Translations under genes and position numbers: made by a program
The notes under the pieces: generated by a model
The model's database searches: none
The model's input: only the letters and a program-made list of their open reading frames with translations
Told to the model about the DNA's origin: nothing
Virus record (IMG/VR): IMGVR_UViG_3300030390_001550
Span: 1-64,000 of that record
Length of the DNA stretch: 64,000 bases
DNA from: a virus
Strand: one strand, 5' to 3'
Part shown: positions 54,568-63,651 of the stretch, one piece after another
Position numbering within the stretch: position 1 is the stretch's first letter
How the letters are laid out: each line of letters begins with the position of its first letter

Positions 54568-54857
54568 ACTTGGCGAGACACGCGAACAAAATTATTAAGA
54601 TTAACCCTAATATGATGATACCGTATTATCTTATGGCATCATATGCTTATTATGAAGAATCTGATCCAATTTTTTCTGATAGTTACTTTGATAATTTGGC
54701 TAAAAATATTTTAAAAGAATGGGATAACTTAGATCATTACCATAAACATCTACTAGATAGAGATGTTCTTGAAGCAGGAAGTTATATTGGAAAATATCCA
54801 ACAATCGTAATTGACTCTTTAGATGAATTGAAAAAAGGAAAAAATAATGCTAATTAA
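54564..54857 (+). CDS. Stand-alone NAD-dependent ligase domain Ia-like protein
   Basis: YAYYE..DPIFSDS.FD.L matches the LigA H..YY..D.P..SD..YD motif. Confidence 0.7.
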   Translation: MNLARHANKIIKINPNMMIPYYLMASYAYYEESDPIFSDSYFDNLAKNILKEWDNLDHYHKHLLDRDVLEAGSYIGKYPTIVIDSLDELKKGKNNAN

Positions 54858-55860
54858 TGATGATGTTAAACTTGATTATTCTGACGTTTTGATCAGACCA
54901 AAACGATCAACACTAACTTCGCGGTATGATGTTGACTTAGAGAGAAAATACAAATTTAAACATAGTAAAAAAACTTGGATGGGAACTCCAATTATGGCAT
55001 CAAACATGGATACTGTGGGAACATTTTCCATGGCAGATGTGTTGACTAATTATAATATGATAACTTGCCTCGCCAAACATTATAATGCAGAAGGTGTATG
55101 GCCCACTAAAATTCTAGAGCCAAATCATTTATGCGTTATGGGTGGAATATCTGATACTGACATTCAAAACACTCAAAAAATATACCAATCAAGTGAAGCA
55201 TTTTTCATTGGTTTAGATGTAGCCAATGGCTACACAATTAGTTTTGTAGATGCTGTAAAGAAAATGCGTGATTTAGAACCAGACGCTACAATTATTGCGG
55301 GTAATGTTGTCACTGCTGATATGACGCAAGAACTAATCCTTGCTGGTGCAGACATTGTAAAAGTTGGTGTTGGTCCTGGTTCAGTTTGTACAACAAGAAT
55401 TAAAACTGGTATTGGTATGCCTCAACTGAGTGCGGTTATTGAATGTGCTGATGCAGCGCATGGTATGGATGCTCATATCATTGCGGATGGTGGATGTACT
55501 ACTTCTGGTGATATGGTGAAAGCATTTGCCGCAGGTGCAGATTTTGTAATGATTGGTGGTATGCTTGCTGGGCATGATGAATGTGATGGTATTATAGACA
55601 ATGGTAAAATGAAATTTTATGGTATGGCGTCAGGCTCTGCGATGGATAGACACAAAGTTGGTCATAGAGAATATAGAGGCGTTGAAGGTAAAACCGTCAC
55701 AGTAGATCATAAAGGGCCAGTGGAGTTAACACTAATTGATATTTTATCTGGCATCAGATCAGCGTGTACTTATGTTGGTGCAAGCAGATTAAAAGATTTA
55801 TCAAAATGCGCGACATTTGTAAGAGTAAATAATACGCATAATACAGTTTATGGCTCTTGA
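54847..55860 (+). CDS. guaC: GMP reductase
   Basis: [59 protein letters not shown]. Confidence 0.95.
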   Translation: MLINDDVKLDYSDVLIRPKRSTLTSRYDVDLERKYKFKHSKKTWMGTPIMASNMDTVGTFSMADVLTNYNMITCLAKHYNAEGVWPTKILEPNHLCVMGGISDTDIQNTQKIYQSSEAFFIGLDVANGYTISFVDAVKKMRDLEPDATIIAGNVVTADMTQELILAGADIVKVGVGPGSVCTTRIKTGIGMPQLSAVIECADAAHGMDAHIIADGGCTTSGDMVKAFAAGADFVMIGGMLAGHDECDGIIDNGKMKFYGMASGSAMDRHKVGHREYRGVEGKTVTVDHKGPVELTLIDILSGIRSACTYVGASRLKDLSKCATFVRVNNTHNTVYGS

Positions 55861-55926
55861 CAGTGGTTAATTCTTCTGCTAATTTATAAGAGTAAAGAGA
55901 ATCATCTAGTCTTGAAAGGACGCATC
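55857..55926 (+). promoter_or_regulatory. Early promoter-leader cassette (PeSL-like)
   Basis: TTGACA-17-TAATTT-ATAAGAGTAAAGAGAATCATCTAGTCTTGAAAGGAC. Confidence 0.85.
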
Positions 55927-56130
55927 ATGAACTTACATATCGGTTTAGACATTATCGGAAATTTCGGTGCTACGGTTTCGGAAATGTACGGTCGAATCTC
56001 TAGGATAGACGGTAATCTAATTGATGTGAAGTGGTCAAACGGTTCTCTCCACTATATCACCGCAGAGGATATTCGGGACGATTACTGCGATAGCAATCTG
56101 ATTGGTTTTTATATCAATCCTTTTAAATAG
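55927..56130 (+). CDS. Early hypothetical protein
   Basis: ATG after cassette. Confidence 0.7.
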   Translation: MNLHIGLDIIGNFGATVSEMYGRISRIDGNLIDVKWSNGSLHYITAEDIRDDYCDSNLIGFYINPFK

Positions 56131-56132
56131 GG

Positions 56133-56202
56133 TTGACAATCAAGTAAAAATTGTCTATATTATAAAAGTAAAGAGAATCACATAGTCTTGAAAGGACACA
56201 AC
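56133..56202 (+). promoter_or_regulatory. Early promoter-leader cassette (PeSL-like)
   Basis: TTGACA-17-TATATT-ATAAAAGTAAAGAGAATCACATAGTCTTGAAAGGAC. Confidence 0.85.
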
Positions 56203-56550
56203 ATGACTGATATCACTTCTAATGTAAATGCTCTGATTTCAGATATTATTTCAGACTATGGAAAACGATCAAAATCTTCTGATCCATCTCTTGCTGACCA
56301 TATAGCAAAAATGGACAAAGAATTTGCAGAAAAAATCACATTCACTGTGGGTAAGAAATATATCCGAATTGTAAATGGCTCTGGTGGAGTGTGGGGTTTT
56401 ATTGTCAATACTGCTGACGATAAGAAATTCAATCTTGGCGATATTCTTATGGCTGCTGGTTGGAAAACTCCAGCGCGGAATTCATCTCGCGGAAATGTTG
56501 TTGATGGTGATTATAGCATCTCTTGGACAGGTCCGGGATACCTTCGCTGA
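56203..56550 (+). CDS. Conserved phage early protein
   Basis: GKKYI.I....VWGFI....GDIL.AAGW..PARN..RGN. Confidence 0.8.
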   Translation: MTDITSNVNALISDIISDYGKRSKSSDPSLADHIAKMDKEFAEKITFTVGKKYIRIVNGSGGVWGFIVNTADDKKFNLGDILMAAGWKTPARNSSRGNVVDGDYSISWTGPGYLR

Positions 56551-56705
56551 TGAAAACTGAAGTATATGAAATTTCAGTGGATGGTAAGTTCGTAACTACC
56601 ATCCGCGAAATAAGTGAATTTTGTGCGATAAACAAATTCAAAGATATGTGGGATTATCCAAAGAATGGAAAAATCATTGCAAAAATATGGGAGCCTAAGT
56701 TATGA
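56550..56705 (+). CDS. Hypothetical protein
   Basis: TGATG coupling. Confidence 0.55.
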   Translation: MKTEVYEISVDGKFVTTIREISEFCAINKFKDMWDYPKNGKIIAKIWEPKL

Positions 56706-56962
56706 AATTTTCTGAGTTAGAATTTGAACCTATGAGTAACGGTGGCAATCGTGCAGTTGTGCGGTTTGGTGACTATGGATTATCTATCATAGATAATGGG
56801 TATGGCAGAGAACGTGATTTATATGAAGTAGGTACATTTTATAAGAATAAACTTGCAAACCTCTTACCTTCCCATACTGGTGATGATACTGTTGTAGGTA
56901 ATTGTACTGAAAGTCATGTTGAGTTTGTTATAGAAGCAATGAAAACAAGAAGTTTATGGTAA
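56702..56962 (+). CDS. Conserved phage hypothetical protein
   Basis: F..YG.S.I...YG....LYE.G family. Confidence 0.7.
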   Translation: MKFSELEFEPMSNGGNRAVVRFGDYGLSIIDNGYGRERDLYEVGTFYKNKLANLLPSHTGDDTVVGNCTESHVEFVIEAMKTRSLW

Positions 56963-56971
56963 GGGGATTAC

Positions 56972-57163
56972 GTGGTTAATACTTATGAAGATGATGACGA
57001 TGTTGTTCTGACAGCCTTCAATAATTACCAAATAGCAATTTTAAAAGAAGAAATTGATCGTATTTCCGCGCTAGATGATTGCGATTATCATAATAACATT
57101 TTAATATATTTGAATACAAGAGTAACTACACTTCGCGCTCTAAAATTCAAAATTGCGTTCTAA
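56972..57163 (+). CDS. Hypothetical protein (paralog of 57191)
   Basis: I.IL.EEI...DC shared with next ORF. Confidence 0.6.
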   Translation: MVNTYEDDDDVVLTAFNNYQIAILKEEIDRISALDDCDYHNNILIYLNTRVTTLRALKFKIAF

Positions 57164-57190
57164 AATTCAAAATCTATAGGGAGATAATTA

Positions 57191-57391
57191 ATGGGAATGG
57201 AGAATGAAAACTATGTTTGGGAACCAATTAAACACATTGATAATGTGCGAATACAAATTCTACAAGAAGAAATAGAGTATTATAGGACTCTAATTCAACC
57301 ACATGATTGTGGTCATATCTATACTACCATAAGTTTTTTAGAACAAAGAATAAAAAATCTTGCTGGTGGTAAAAAGGAATTCCCTTTCTAA
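57191..57391 (+). CDS. Conserved small phage protein
   Basis: IL.EEI...HD.GHI.TTIS.LE.R. Confidence 0.7.
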   Translation: MGMENENYVWEPIKHIDNVRIQILQEEIEYYRTLIQPHDCGHIYTTISFLEQRIKNLAGGKKEFPF

Positions 57392-57497
57392 TATTAGGCC
57401 ATTTTTCAACTTTGTGGTTAAGTATAAATAATTAAAATATAAGTTGACAACTTAAACAAACTATGATACAATTCAGTATATCATGAAAGGAAACTAT

Positions 57498-57752
57498 ATG
57501 CTAACGAAATCAGAACTAATTGAACAACTCCAAACTGGAGTTTATGAAGTAACATTTACAAAAGTAAATGGTGATAATCGTATTATGCCTTGTACTTTGA
57601 TGGGAGATTATCTACCAGAGTTTGATACTAAATTAAAAGAACCTAATCCTGTTGACACTGATCTAGATCGTATTTCAGTTTGGTGTACGGATGCTAACGC
57701 TTGGAGAGCATTTAAACCATCAAAACTCATTTCCTTTGAGCGGATGGTATGA
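57498..57752 (+). CDS. SH3/WYL_2-like T4-type protein
   Basis: VTFTKVNG..R.M.CTL...W....WR.F; promoter TTGACA-17-TACAAT at 57444. Confidence 0.8.
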   Translation: MLTKSELIEQLQTGVYEVTFTKVNGDNRIMPCTLMGDYLPEFDTKLKEPNPVDTDLDRISVWCTDANAWRAFKPSKLISFERMV

Positions 57753-58003
57753 TTGTAATTGACCAATATATATTAAGCGCAATCGTCACGTTTGCGCTTT
57801 TTATTGCCTATCGTCTAGGACTTAAATCAGCAGTTGAAAAAAACGATACTCTTAGAGTAGAAAGAATTGTTGATCATACCGTTGATAAACTTTGTGACGA
57901 AGGTTACGTTGTCTATAAGAAACATGATGATGGTGAGGTAGAATTAATTCAATTGCCAGAATGGATTTTAGAAAAAGAAGACTTGACTTTCATTGAAAAA
58001 TAG
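57749..58003 (+). CDS. Membrane-anchored hypothetical protein
   Basis: N-terminal TM. Confidence 0.65.
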   Translation: MIVIDQYILSAIVTFALFIAYRLGLKSAVEKNDTLRVERIVDHTVDKLCDEGYVVYKKHDDGEVELIQLPEWILEKEDLTFIEK

Positions 58004-58040
58004 TTTAGGGTTATGGAAATAATCACTAGGAGTGAACCAC

Positions 58041-59147
58041 ATGGCACAATCAAAAAAAAGAAAAACTTTCTCTAGAAAAACTAAAACTGGCTTTGCTGCT
58101 GCGCCGACTGATAACTTTCAACACTTCAATGACTATATAAGGATAGAAGTGGATAGGAAAGATATCGCTATAAAAATAAAAAACCATGTGAAAAAGTCTC
58201 TATCTAAGGAAGATGCTAAAATTGCATTACAAGCACCAGAATGGGCAATCAGTCAATCTCCTGGTTTAGCAGCAACCATTGCATGGGCAGAACTACAATT
58301 AGAATTTCCTACTTGGTGGAACGCTGAAAAGGTTCTCACAAAACAAGTTAATGAAATTCTGCGTCTTGGCAAGCGTAAACTTTTAAATAAAACTGATAAT
58401 ATTGGAGTTGTTACGACTCCGAGAAAATCACCAGCAGAAATTATTAAAGAGCGTACTAGTGATTTTATTGGTGGTATTGAAATTATTATTGATAATTGGA
58501 AAGATGAAAAAGATTTCTCCATTTATAGTGAAATGAAAAAACACGATGTGCCTTACATTACAGCCAAAACAACTTATGATCATTACGTCCCATTAAAAGA
58601 TGAATTGGACGAATTAATAAACAAAAAAACTCCCGATCTTGTTGAGGGTTATTCATCTATGAAAGTGAGTGATCAGAAAAAATATCAAAAGTTTGTAAAT
58701 AACATTCTTACTGACATTGAAAAATATATGATAGCAAAGAAAGCAACTCGTAAGACACGTAAGCCTATAGTAAAATCTGCTGAAAAACAAGTAGCGAAAA
58801 TTCAACACTTAAAGGACTCTGTAGAATTTAAACTAGCGTCTATTAATCCATCATCCTTGATTGGAGCCATGCGAGTTTATTTATTCAATGTAAAGACTAG
58901 GGCATTAACCGAATTGGTTTGCGAAAAGAGTTGTGGTTTTGAGGTAAAAGGGACAACCCTTCAAGGTGTTGATCTTGCGGCATCAAGAGTTACAAAATTG
59001 CGTAAACCAGAGGTCTTTATTCCAATGGTACTTAAAAAGACTTCAAACCAGATAAACAAAGAGTGGTCTAGTCTTACCACAAAAACAACTATCGCAAATG
59101 GTAGGATTAATAAAGATACCATAATTTTAAGGGCAATGAATAAATGA
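58041..59147 (+). CDS. Conserved T4-like hypothetical protein
   Basis: L.EGY, SI.P...IGA, FN.K.R, VKGTT, LRKPE, NGRIN. Confidence 0.85.
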   Translation: MAQSKKRKTFSRKTKTGFAAAPTDNFQHFNDYIRIEVDRKDIAIKIKNHVKKSLSKEDAKIALQAPEWAISQSPGLAATIAWAELQLEFPTWWNAEKVLTKQVNEILRLGKRKLLNKTDNIGVVTTPRKSPAEIIKERTSDFIGGIEIIIDNWKDEKDFSIYSEMKKHDVPYITAKTTYDHYVPLKDELDELINKKTPDLVEGYSSMKVSDQKKYQKFVNNILTDIEKYMIAKKATRKTRKPIVKSAEKQVAKIQHLKDSVEFKLASINPSSLIGAMRVYLFNVKTRALTELVCEKSCGFEVKGTTLQGVDLAASRVTKLRKPEVFIPMVLKKTSNQINKEWSSLTTKTTIANGRINKDTIILRAMNK

Positions 59148-59374
59148 TAGACAAAAGTTTTATGAACAGAGCAAAATTTAGCAAACTGATTGAGGAACAA
59201 GTAATTGATAAAAAACTAGGTTATATTGATGCAGTTGTTGAGGTGTGTGATATAACCAAACTTGAACCAGAAGATGTGAGCAAATTTATCTCACCAGTAA
59301 TAAAGGAAAAGATTGAGGCTGAAGCAATGAGTCTTAATTTTTTACCTAAACAGAATGAATTGATTTTTGAATGA
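59144..59374 (+). CDS. gp33: Late transcription coactivator gp33
   Basis: FS..IE......YIDA....C....EPE...K.I...KEKIEAEA..LNFLP. Confidence 0.9.
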   Translation: MIDKSFMNRAKFSKLIEEQVIDKKLGYIDAVVEVCDITKLEPEDVSKFISPVIKEKIEAEAMSLNFLPKQNELIFE

Positions 59375-59660
59375 TACGGTGGTATGATTATTTTGTTATT
59401 GCAATAACGTCAGTTCTTATATTTCCGTTTGCAATGATAATACTACCACCAATTATAAATCTAAATGCAGTTTTCCCTTTATATGCCTTTTGGTGGTTTT
59501 GGGAAATGTATTGTGATAAAAGACAGAGTATAGAAAATGTCTGATAAAGAGATAAAAGAATTTATAACAATGTTTAAAGGAGTACTACCAGACCCAGACA
59601 ATTATCCAACATCTTTTGAATACTATTACCAACTATACAAACATATAAAAGGAAAATAAA

Positions 59661-59855
59661 ATGTTTGAACTGATTTTTATCGCGTCACTCTTTCTAAATG
59701 ATAACGAAGATTTTTTTGCTGCAAGTGAAGCAAATCAAAAAGCGGGTACTACATGGCAATATGTGGGAACAAAGCCTGTACCAGATGGTCATGTTGCAAT
59801 TCCATCAGTGAATCCAGACACTGGTAAAGAGACTATTATTTTTCAGAGAAAGTAA
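59661..59855 (+). CDS. Hypothetical protein
   Basis: AAGGA RBS. Confidence 0.6.
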   Translation: MFELIFIASLFLNDNEDFFAASEANQKAGTTWQYVGTKPVPDGHVAIPSVNPDTGKETIIFQRK

Positions 59856-59869
59856 TCTGATAAATATGG

Positions 59870-59898
59870 TTGACACACACACAAAAATATGATATAAT
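59870..59898 (+). promoter_or_regulatory. sigma70 promoter of gp32
   Basis: TTGACA-17-TATAAT followed by an unstructured A-rich leader. Confidence 0.8.
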
Positions 59899-59954
59899 AC
59901 AGATATACTAAAAAATATTACAGCAATAATTCAGCATATATGGAGAAATAAAAT

Positions 59955-60851
59955 ATGTCTTTTGCAAATCTAAAACGTAATCGTGGTCAGATTGACCGAT
60001 TAAGTGCTGCCGCAACAGCAACACAAACCACTACAAAATCTTATGTGGATGAACGCATGTGGAAACCCACTGTTGATAAACAGAATAATGGCTATGCTGT
60101 TATTCGTTTCTTGCCAGATGGGAAAGAAGGTTCTGAAGTACATTTTGTACGTTATTGGGATCATGCCTTTAAAGGTCCAACTGGTAAATGGTACATTGAG
60201 AAGTCTTTGACTTCAATTGAACAACAAGACCCAGTTGGTGAATACAATTCCAAACTTTGGAATAGTGGTATTGAATCTGATAAAGAAACAGCGCGGCGTC
60301 AAAAGCGGCGTCTGCATCATGTTTCAAATATTCTGGTAGTTTCTGATCCAGGAAATCCAGAAAATGAAGGCAAAGTTTTCATGTACCAATATGGTAAGAA
60401 AATCTTTGATAAACTTATGGATGCTTGGTCGCCAGAATTTGCAGATGAAACACCTATGAATCCATTTTGTATGTGGGAAGGTGCAGATTTCAAACTTAAA
60501 ATTCGTGATGTTGAAGGTTATCGTAATTACGATAAATCTGAATTTTCCTCAACTCGCGTATTATCAGAAAGTGATGAACGCTTGGAAGAAGTATATGACA
60601 AGTGTTACGATCTTTCAGAGTTTACTGATCCAGCAAACTATAAGTCTTATGCAGAACTAGAAACTAAGATGCGTAATGTTTTAGGTCAAACTGAACCTCA
60701 ACCAACAATGGCACAAACTGCTTCATTGGGTGTGGAAAAGGCTCCAGCATTGGATGATAATATTCCAGATTATGCTGCGCCTAAAAAGACAGAAGTAGAA
60801 GGCGAAGATAATACTATGGATTACTTTGCAAGTCTAGTTAACGAAGACTAA
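59955..60851 (+). CDS. gp32: Single-stranded DNA-binding protein gp32
   Basis: DER.WKP..DK..NGYAVIRFLP, H.F.GP.G.WYIE, YGKKIFDK, GA.FKLKIR, NYDKSEF. Confidence 0.95.
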   Translation: MSFANLKRNRGQIDRLSAAATATQTTTKSYVDERMWKPTVDKQNNGYAVIRFLPDGKEGSEVHFVRYWDHAFKGPTGKWYIEKSLTSIEQQDPVGEYNSKLWNSGIESDKETARRQKRRLHHVSNILVVSDPGNPENEGKVFMYQYGKKIFDKLMDAWSPEFADETPMNPFCMWEGADFKLKIRDVEGYRNYDKSEFSSTRVLSESDERLEEVYDKCYDLSEFTDPANYKSYAELETKMRNVLGQTEPQPTMAQTASLGVEKAPALDDNIPDYAAPKKTEVEGEDNTMDYFASLVNED

Positions 60852-62749
60852 TTTCCATAATGAGGAAATGCCCAGCGTAGCGAATTATCTGCTACGCTGG
60901 TCAACACCCCACCATTTAGATTGGTGGTATTCTGTTGAACATTTGATAATGTAGAATTATCCATTATAACGGTTGGTTGTTTTTTTCCAATACCAGTAGC
61001 AGCAACTGCCATATTTTCAGCAGCACGAACTTCACTTTCTAATCTTGATGCTAAAAGTGCTCTGTTATTTTCACTTTCTACAAAAAGTCGGCGGTTTTCT
61101 GGTAAATTTGACATATCAGGGCCATTCATCTCTTCAATTTTTTCCTTTGTGTCTAATGACCACTTTAAAAAAGTATCTCTCATATCAGTGACACCACCTG
61201 CTAAGTCGGTATTAAACCCAAATACTCCAGTTGCCATATCTGCTAATCCAGCAAAACTTTTTGTAATTCCAGCAGCAGCACCAACCATACCCACTTCAAT
61301 ACTATCTGTAAGAGTTTGCGGTTTAAATGTTTTTAAAGCATCCCCAGCACCTGTGACACCATCAAATACTGCCATACCAGCAGCAAGAACTTGTCCAGCA
61401 ATTGGAATACCTCTGGCAAGGCCACCGAATTTTCCACCGAATTTTGCAAGTTTCCCAAGTTTACTTTTGGATTTTCTATCAGCAGCATCCATTGCAGCAT
61501 CTGACATAAAGTCTCCACCAACCGCTTTGCCATTGATTTTTGTTCCTGCTGGATATTGACGCCTTACTCTTCCTTTTTTATCATCACCATCAATATCAAC
61601 AATATCATCCATTCCAAAGCCAAACATATTTTTAAATCTTTGAAATTTGCTTCTTTTCCCTCTTGGTTTTTTACCATCACCATCAATACCAAGACCACCT
61701 AATCCCCTAGCCCGTATTGCGGCGGTCAGTGCGACCATTGCAGCAGTGTTCGCGAGTGTATTAATCGCTTGAATCCCAGAAATAACAGCCCTTACTCCCG
61801 ATATCGCCACCCCCAACAATCTCATAGGCCCACCTAATGCAATTATTGCTGCTGTTAATCCAAGCATTTCTGCGATGCCAAACTCTTTACCCATAAACTC
61901 AGTTATTTTATCTCTCAATGGTCCAAGACCTAAAGTCTGTACTACATCTTCAAAAAATATTTTTGTATTTTCCCACATAGTTGTCATACCATCAAGTGCA
62001 GTCTGGAGAGATGGAAATGCAGTGAGCATTTGATTCACACTTTCTTTCAAGGCATCAAAAGCACCACCTTCAGCAAAAGCACCACCGATTGATTTCAAAG
62101 CACTAGTCATTGTCTCACCAAAGAGAGGCATACCAAAAAGTTCATCTGCTTTGTTATTTATTGCATCAAGTATACTAAAGCCTGGATCAATACCTAACTG
62201 ATCCCTAAATCTCGCCACTAGAAATGCAACAGCACCACCAGCAAGAACTGTCGCTAAAATTGCTCCAGTAAAACCACCAAACCCTTGCATAATTTCAGAC
62301 ATATTTGCTAGGTTTCCAAGCATTCCACCTTGTCTATTTCCAGAACGCATAACTCCCTTTTTTTGCAGTGCGCCATCAACCTTTTTTCTATCACGTTTTT
62401 CTTCAATCGCATCAAGTCTTGACATTTGTTGGTTTGCAAGAAATTTAGAAAACATAGTAACCAATCTAAACATATTTTTACCTATGTCTTTAACTTCATT
62501 AGTTAATTTTAAATCGGTACTCAATGTTTTAGGCATTATTGATAAGGATTTTACCATATCAGTAAGGTTTTTCATACCAGGAACTTTTACTCCAACATCT
62601 ATTTTTTGAACAGATTTTTCCAAATTATTGAAACCTTTTTTGATTTCATCAAGTGTTGATTTATTCAACTGCATATTTTTGAAGTTAATATCAGCAATTC
62701 CATCGCTGTTTATTTCTCTAACTTCATTTACTGTTGCTCCAAATGCCAT
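60848..62749 (-). CDS. Tape-measure/baseplate hub protein (gp29-like)
   Basis: 633 aa, Gly/Ala-rich helical with hydrophobic segments, downstream of gp26/gp51. Confidence 0.7.
   Translation of the reverse strand: MAFGATVNEVREINSDGIADINFKNMQLNKSTLDEIKKGFNNLEKSVQKIDVGVKVPGMKNLTDMVKSLSIMPKTLSTDLKLTNEVKDIGKNMFRLVTMFSKFLANQQMSRLDAIEEKRDRKKVDGALQKKGVMRSGNRQGGMLGNLANMSEIMQGFGGFTGAILATVLAGGAVAFLVARFRDQLGIDPGFSILDAINNKADELFGMPLFGETMTSALKSIGGAFAEGGAFDALKESVNQMLTAFPSLQTALDGMTTMWENTKIFFEDVVQTLGLGPLRDKITEFMGKEFGIAEMLGLTAAIIALGGPMRLLGVAISGVRAVISGIQAINTLANTAAMVALTAAIRARGLGGLGIDGDGKKPRGKRSKFQRFKNMFGFGMDDIVDIDGDDKKGRVRRQYPAGTKINGKAVGGDFMSDAAMDAADRKSKSKLGKLAKFGGKFGGLARGIPIAGQVLAAGMAVFDGVTGAGDALKTFKPQTLTDSIEVGMVGAAAGITKSFAGLADMATGVFGFNTDLAGGVTDMRDTFLKWSLDTKEKIEEMNGPDMSNLPENRRLFVESENNRALLASRLESEVRAAENMAVAATGIGKKQPTVIMDNSTLSNVQQNTTNLNGGVLTSVADNSLRWAFPHYGN
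60872..60900. terminator. GC-rich inverted repeat at the convergence of gp32 and the tail operon
   Basis: CCAGCGTAGC-9 nt-GCTACGCTGG, inside the 3' end of the minus-strand ORF. Confidence 0.6.
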
Positions 62750-62758
62750 CTTTTATTC

Positions 62759-62947
62759 CTAGTTTTGTTGTTGTGCTTTTATTCTATCGTTTTCTTCCTC
62801 AACGTGTTGTATCAATAATGTAATGTATATCTCTCTTTCCCACGGCATCATATTATCAAGTTCTGTTAATGAATATTTGTGATCTTGCATTAATTGAAAA
62901 TTGGTCTTATAATGACTTAACAGGTTATCATGAGAAAGAGCAATTAA
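62759..62947 (-). CDS. gp51: gp51-like baseplate hub assembly protein (probably the -1 frameshift extension of gp26)
   Basis: LSHDNL..HY.TNFQLMQ.HKYSLTELDNMMPWEREIY; first ATG only at 62890. Confidence 0.8.
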   Translation of the reverse strand, partial: LIALSHDNLLSHYKTNFQLMQDHKYSLTELDNMMPWEREIYITLLIQHVEEENDRIKAQQQN

Positions 62948-63651
62948 AAAAAATCATCTAATCCTTCTAATGTAAATTCGTTTGAGTGATTGCATTTTAC
63001 GCAATTAAAATTTACAGTTTCAGACAATTTTGGCATAGTCTGAATCCACTCTTTTACTTTATCAAATTGAGTTGATGATAGTGATCCAATAAAATCTTGA
63101 ATTTCATCTTGGCTCTCATCCGCAAGATCATATCTTTCTTCTGCTGTTTCCAAAACTTTCATACATTTACTAATCATTTGAAAAGTCTTTACTGTGTCGC
63201 TCAGTGTATCATCTCCATCAGCATCCATGATAGATTTAAAATTTGGATAGCCCATGTGTAAAACCATATCTTCTGTAATCTTTATTTTACTACTAACAGA
63301 TTGTTCGGTAACCTCAATTGTAGATAGGTCAATTGGTACTGGATTGTCGGCCTCACATTCTTCACATTTTATTGTGACATTGGCGTTCTCTCCTACAGAT
63401 TTTGACCTAAGTTTGAGAAACATATATTCAACATCAAAAGAGGTTAATTTATTTTGGTCAACATCACCTTCAAGACACGCCATAATAGTATCAACAATAG
63501 CATTTACTGTCGCCCTTTTATCTTCAGACTCCATTGCTAACATTAACACTTTTTCTTCTTTAACCAAATAAGGTCTAAACTTTACATTTGTCTTGGTTGA
63601 GGGGATTGTTAATTCATATTTTGGTTTATCATTTAGTTTTGGTAGTGCCAT
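62944..63651 (-). CDS. gp26: gp26-like baseplate hub subunit/chaperone
   Basis: MALPKL..P.Y.L..PS, FRP.LVKEEK.L, FD.EY.FL.LR.KSVGE, CxxC x2, LEGL.DFF. Confidence 0.9.
   Translation of the reverse strand: MALPKLNDKPKYELTIPSTKTNVKFRPYLVKEEKVLMLAMESEDKRATVNAIVDTIMACLEGDVDQNKLTSFDVEYMFLKLRSKSVGENANVTIKCEECEADNPVPIDLSTIEVTEQSVSSKIKITEDMVLHMGYPNFKSIMDADGDDTLSDTVKTFQMISKCMKVLETAEERYDLADESQDEIQDFIGSLSSTQFDKVKEWIQTMPKLSETVNFNCVKCNHSNEFTLEGLDDFF

Noticed and set aside
1619-56202. Repeated ATAAGAGTAAAGAGAATCA element as a CRISPR array or att sites
   Set aside because: Copies are dispersed, each tied to a -35/-10 and an RBS; there is no repeat-spacer periodicity and no cas or integrase gene in the window.
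57139-57173. 15-bp direct repeat tctaaaattcaaaat
   Set aside because: Short, AT-rich local slippage duplication at a gene end with no sign of function.
134-61559. Many minus-strand and alternate-frame ORFs in the track (e.g. 6720-7133, 10934-11386, 13789-14262, 51319-51702, 61149-61559)
   Set aside because: They are shadows of well-supported genes, with no RBS, no motifs and antisense-type composition.
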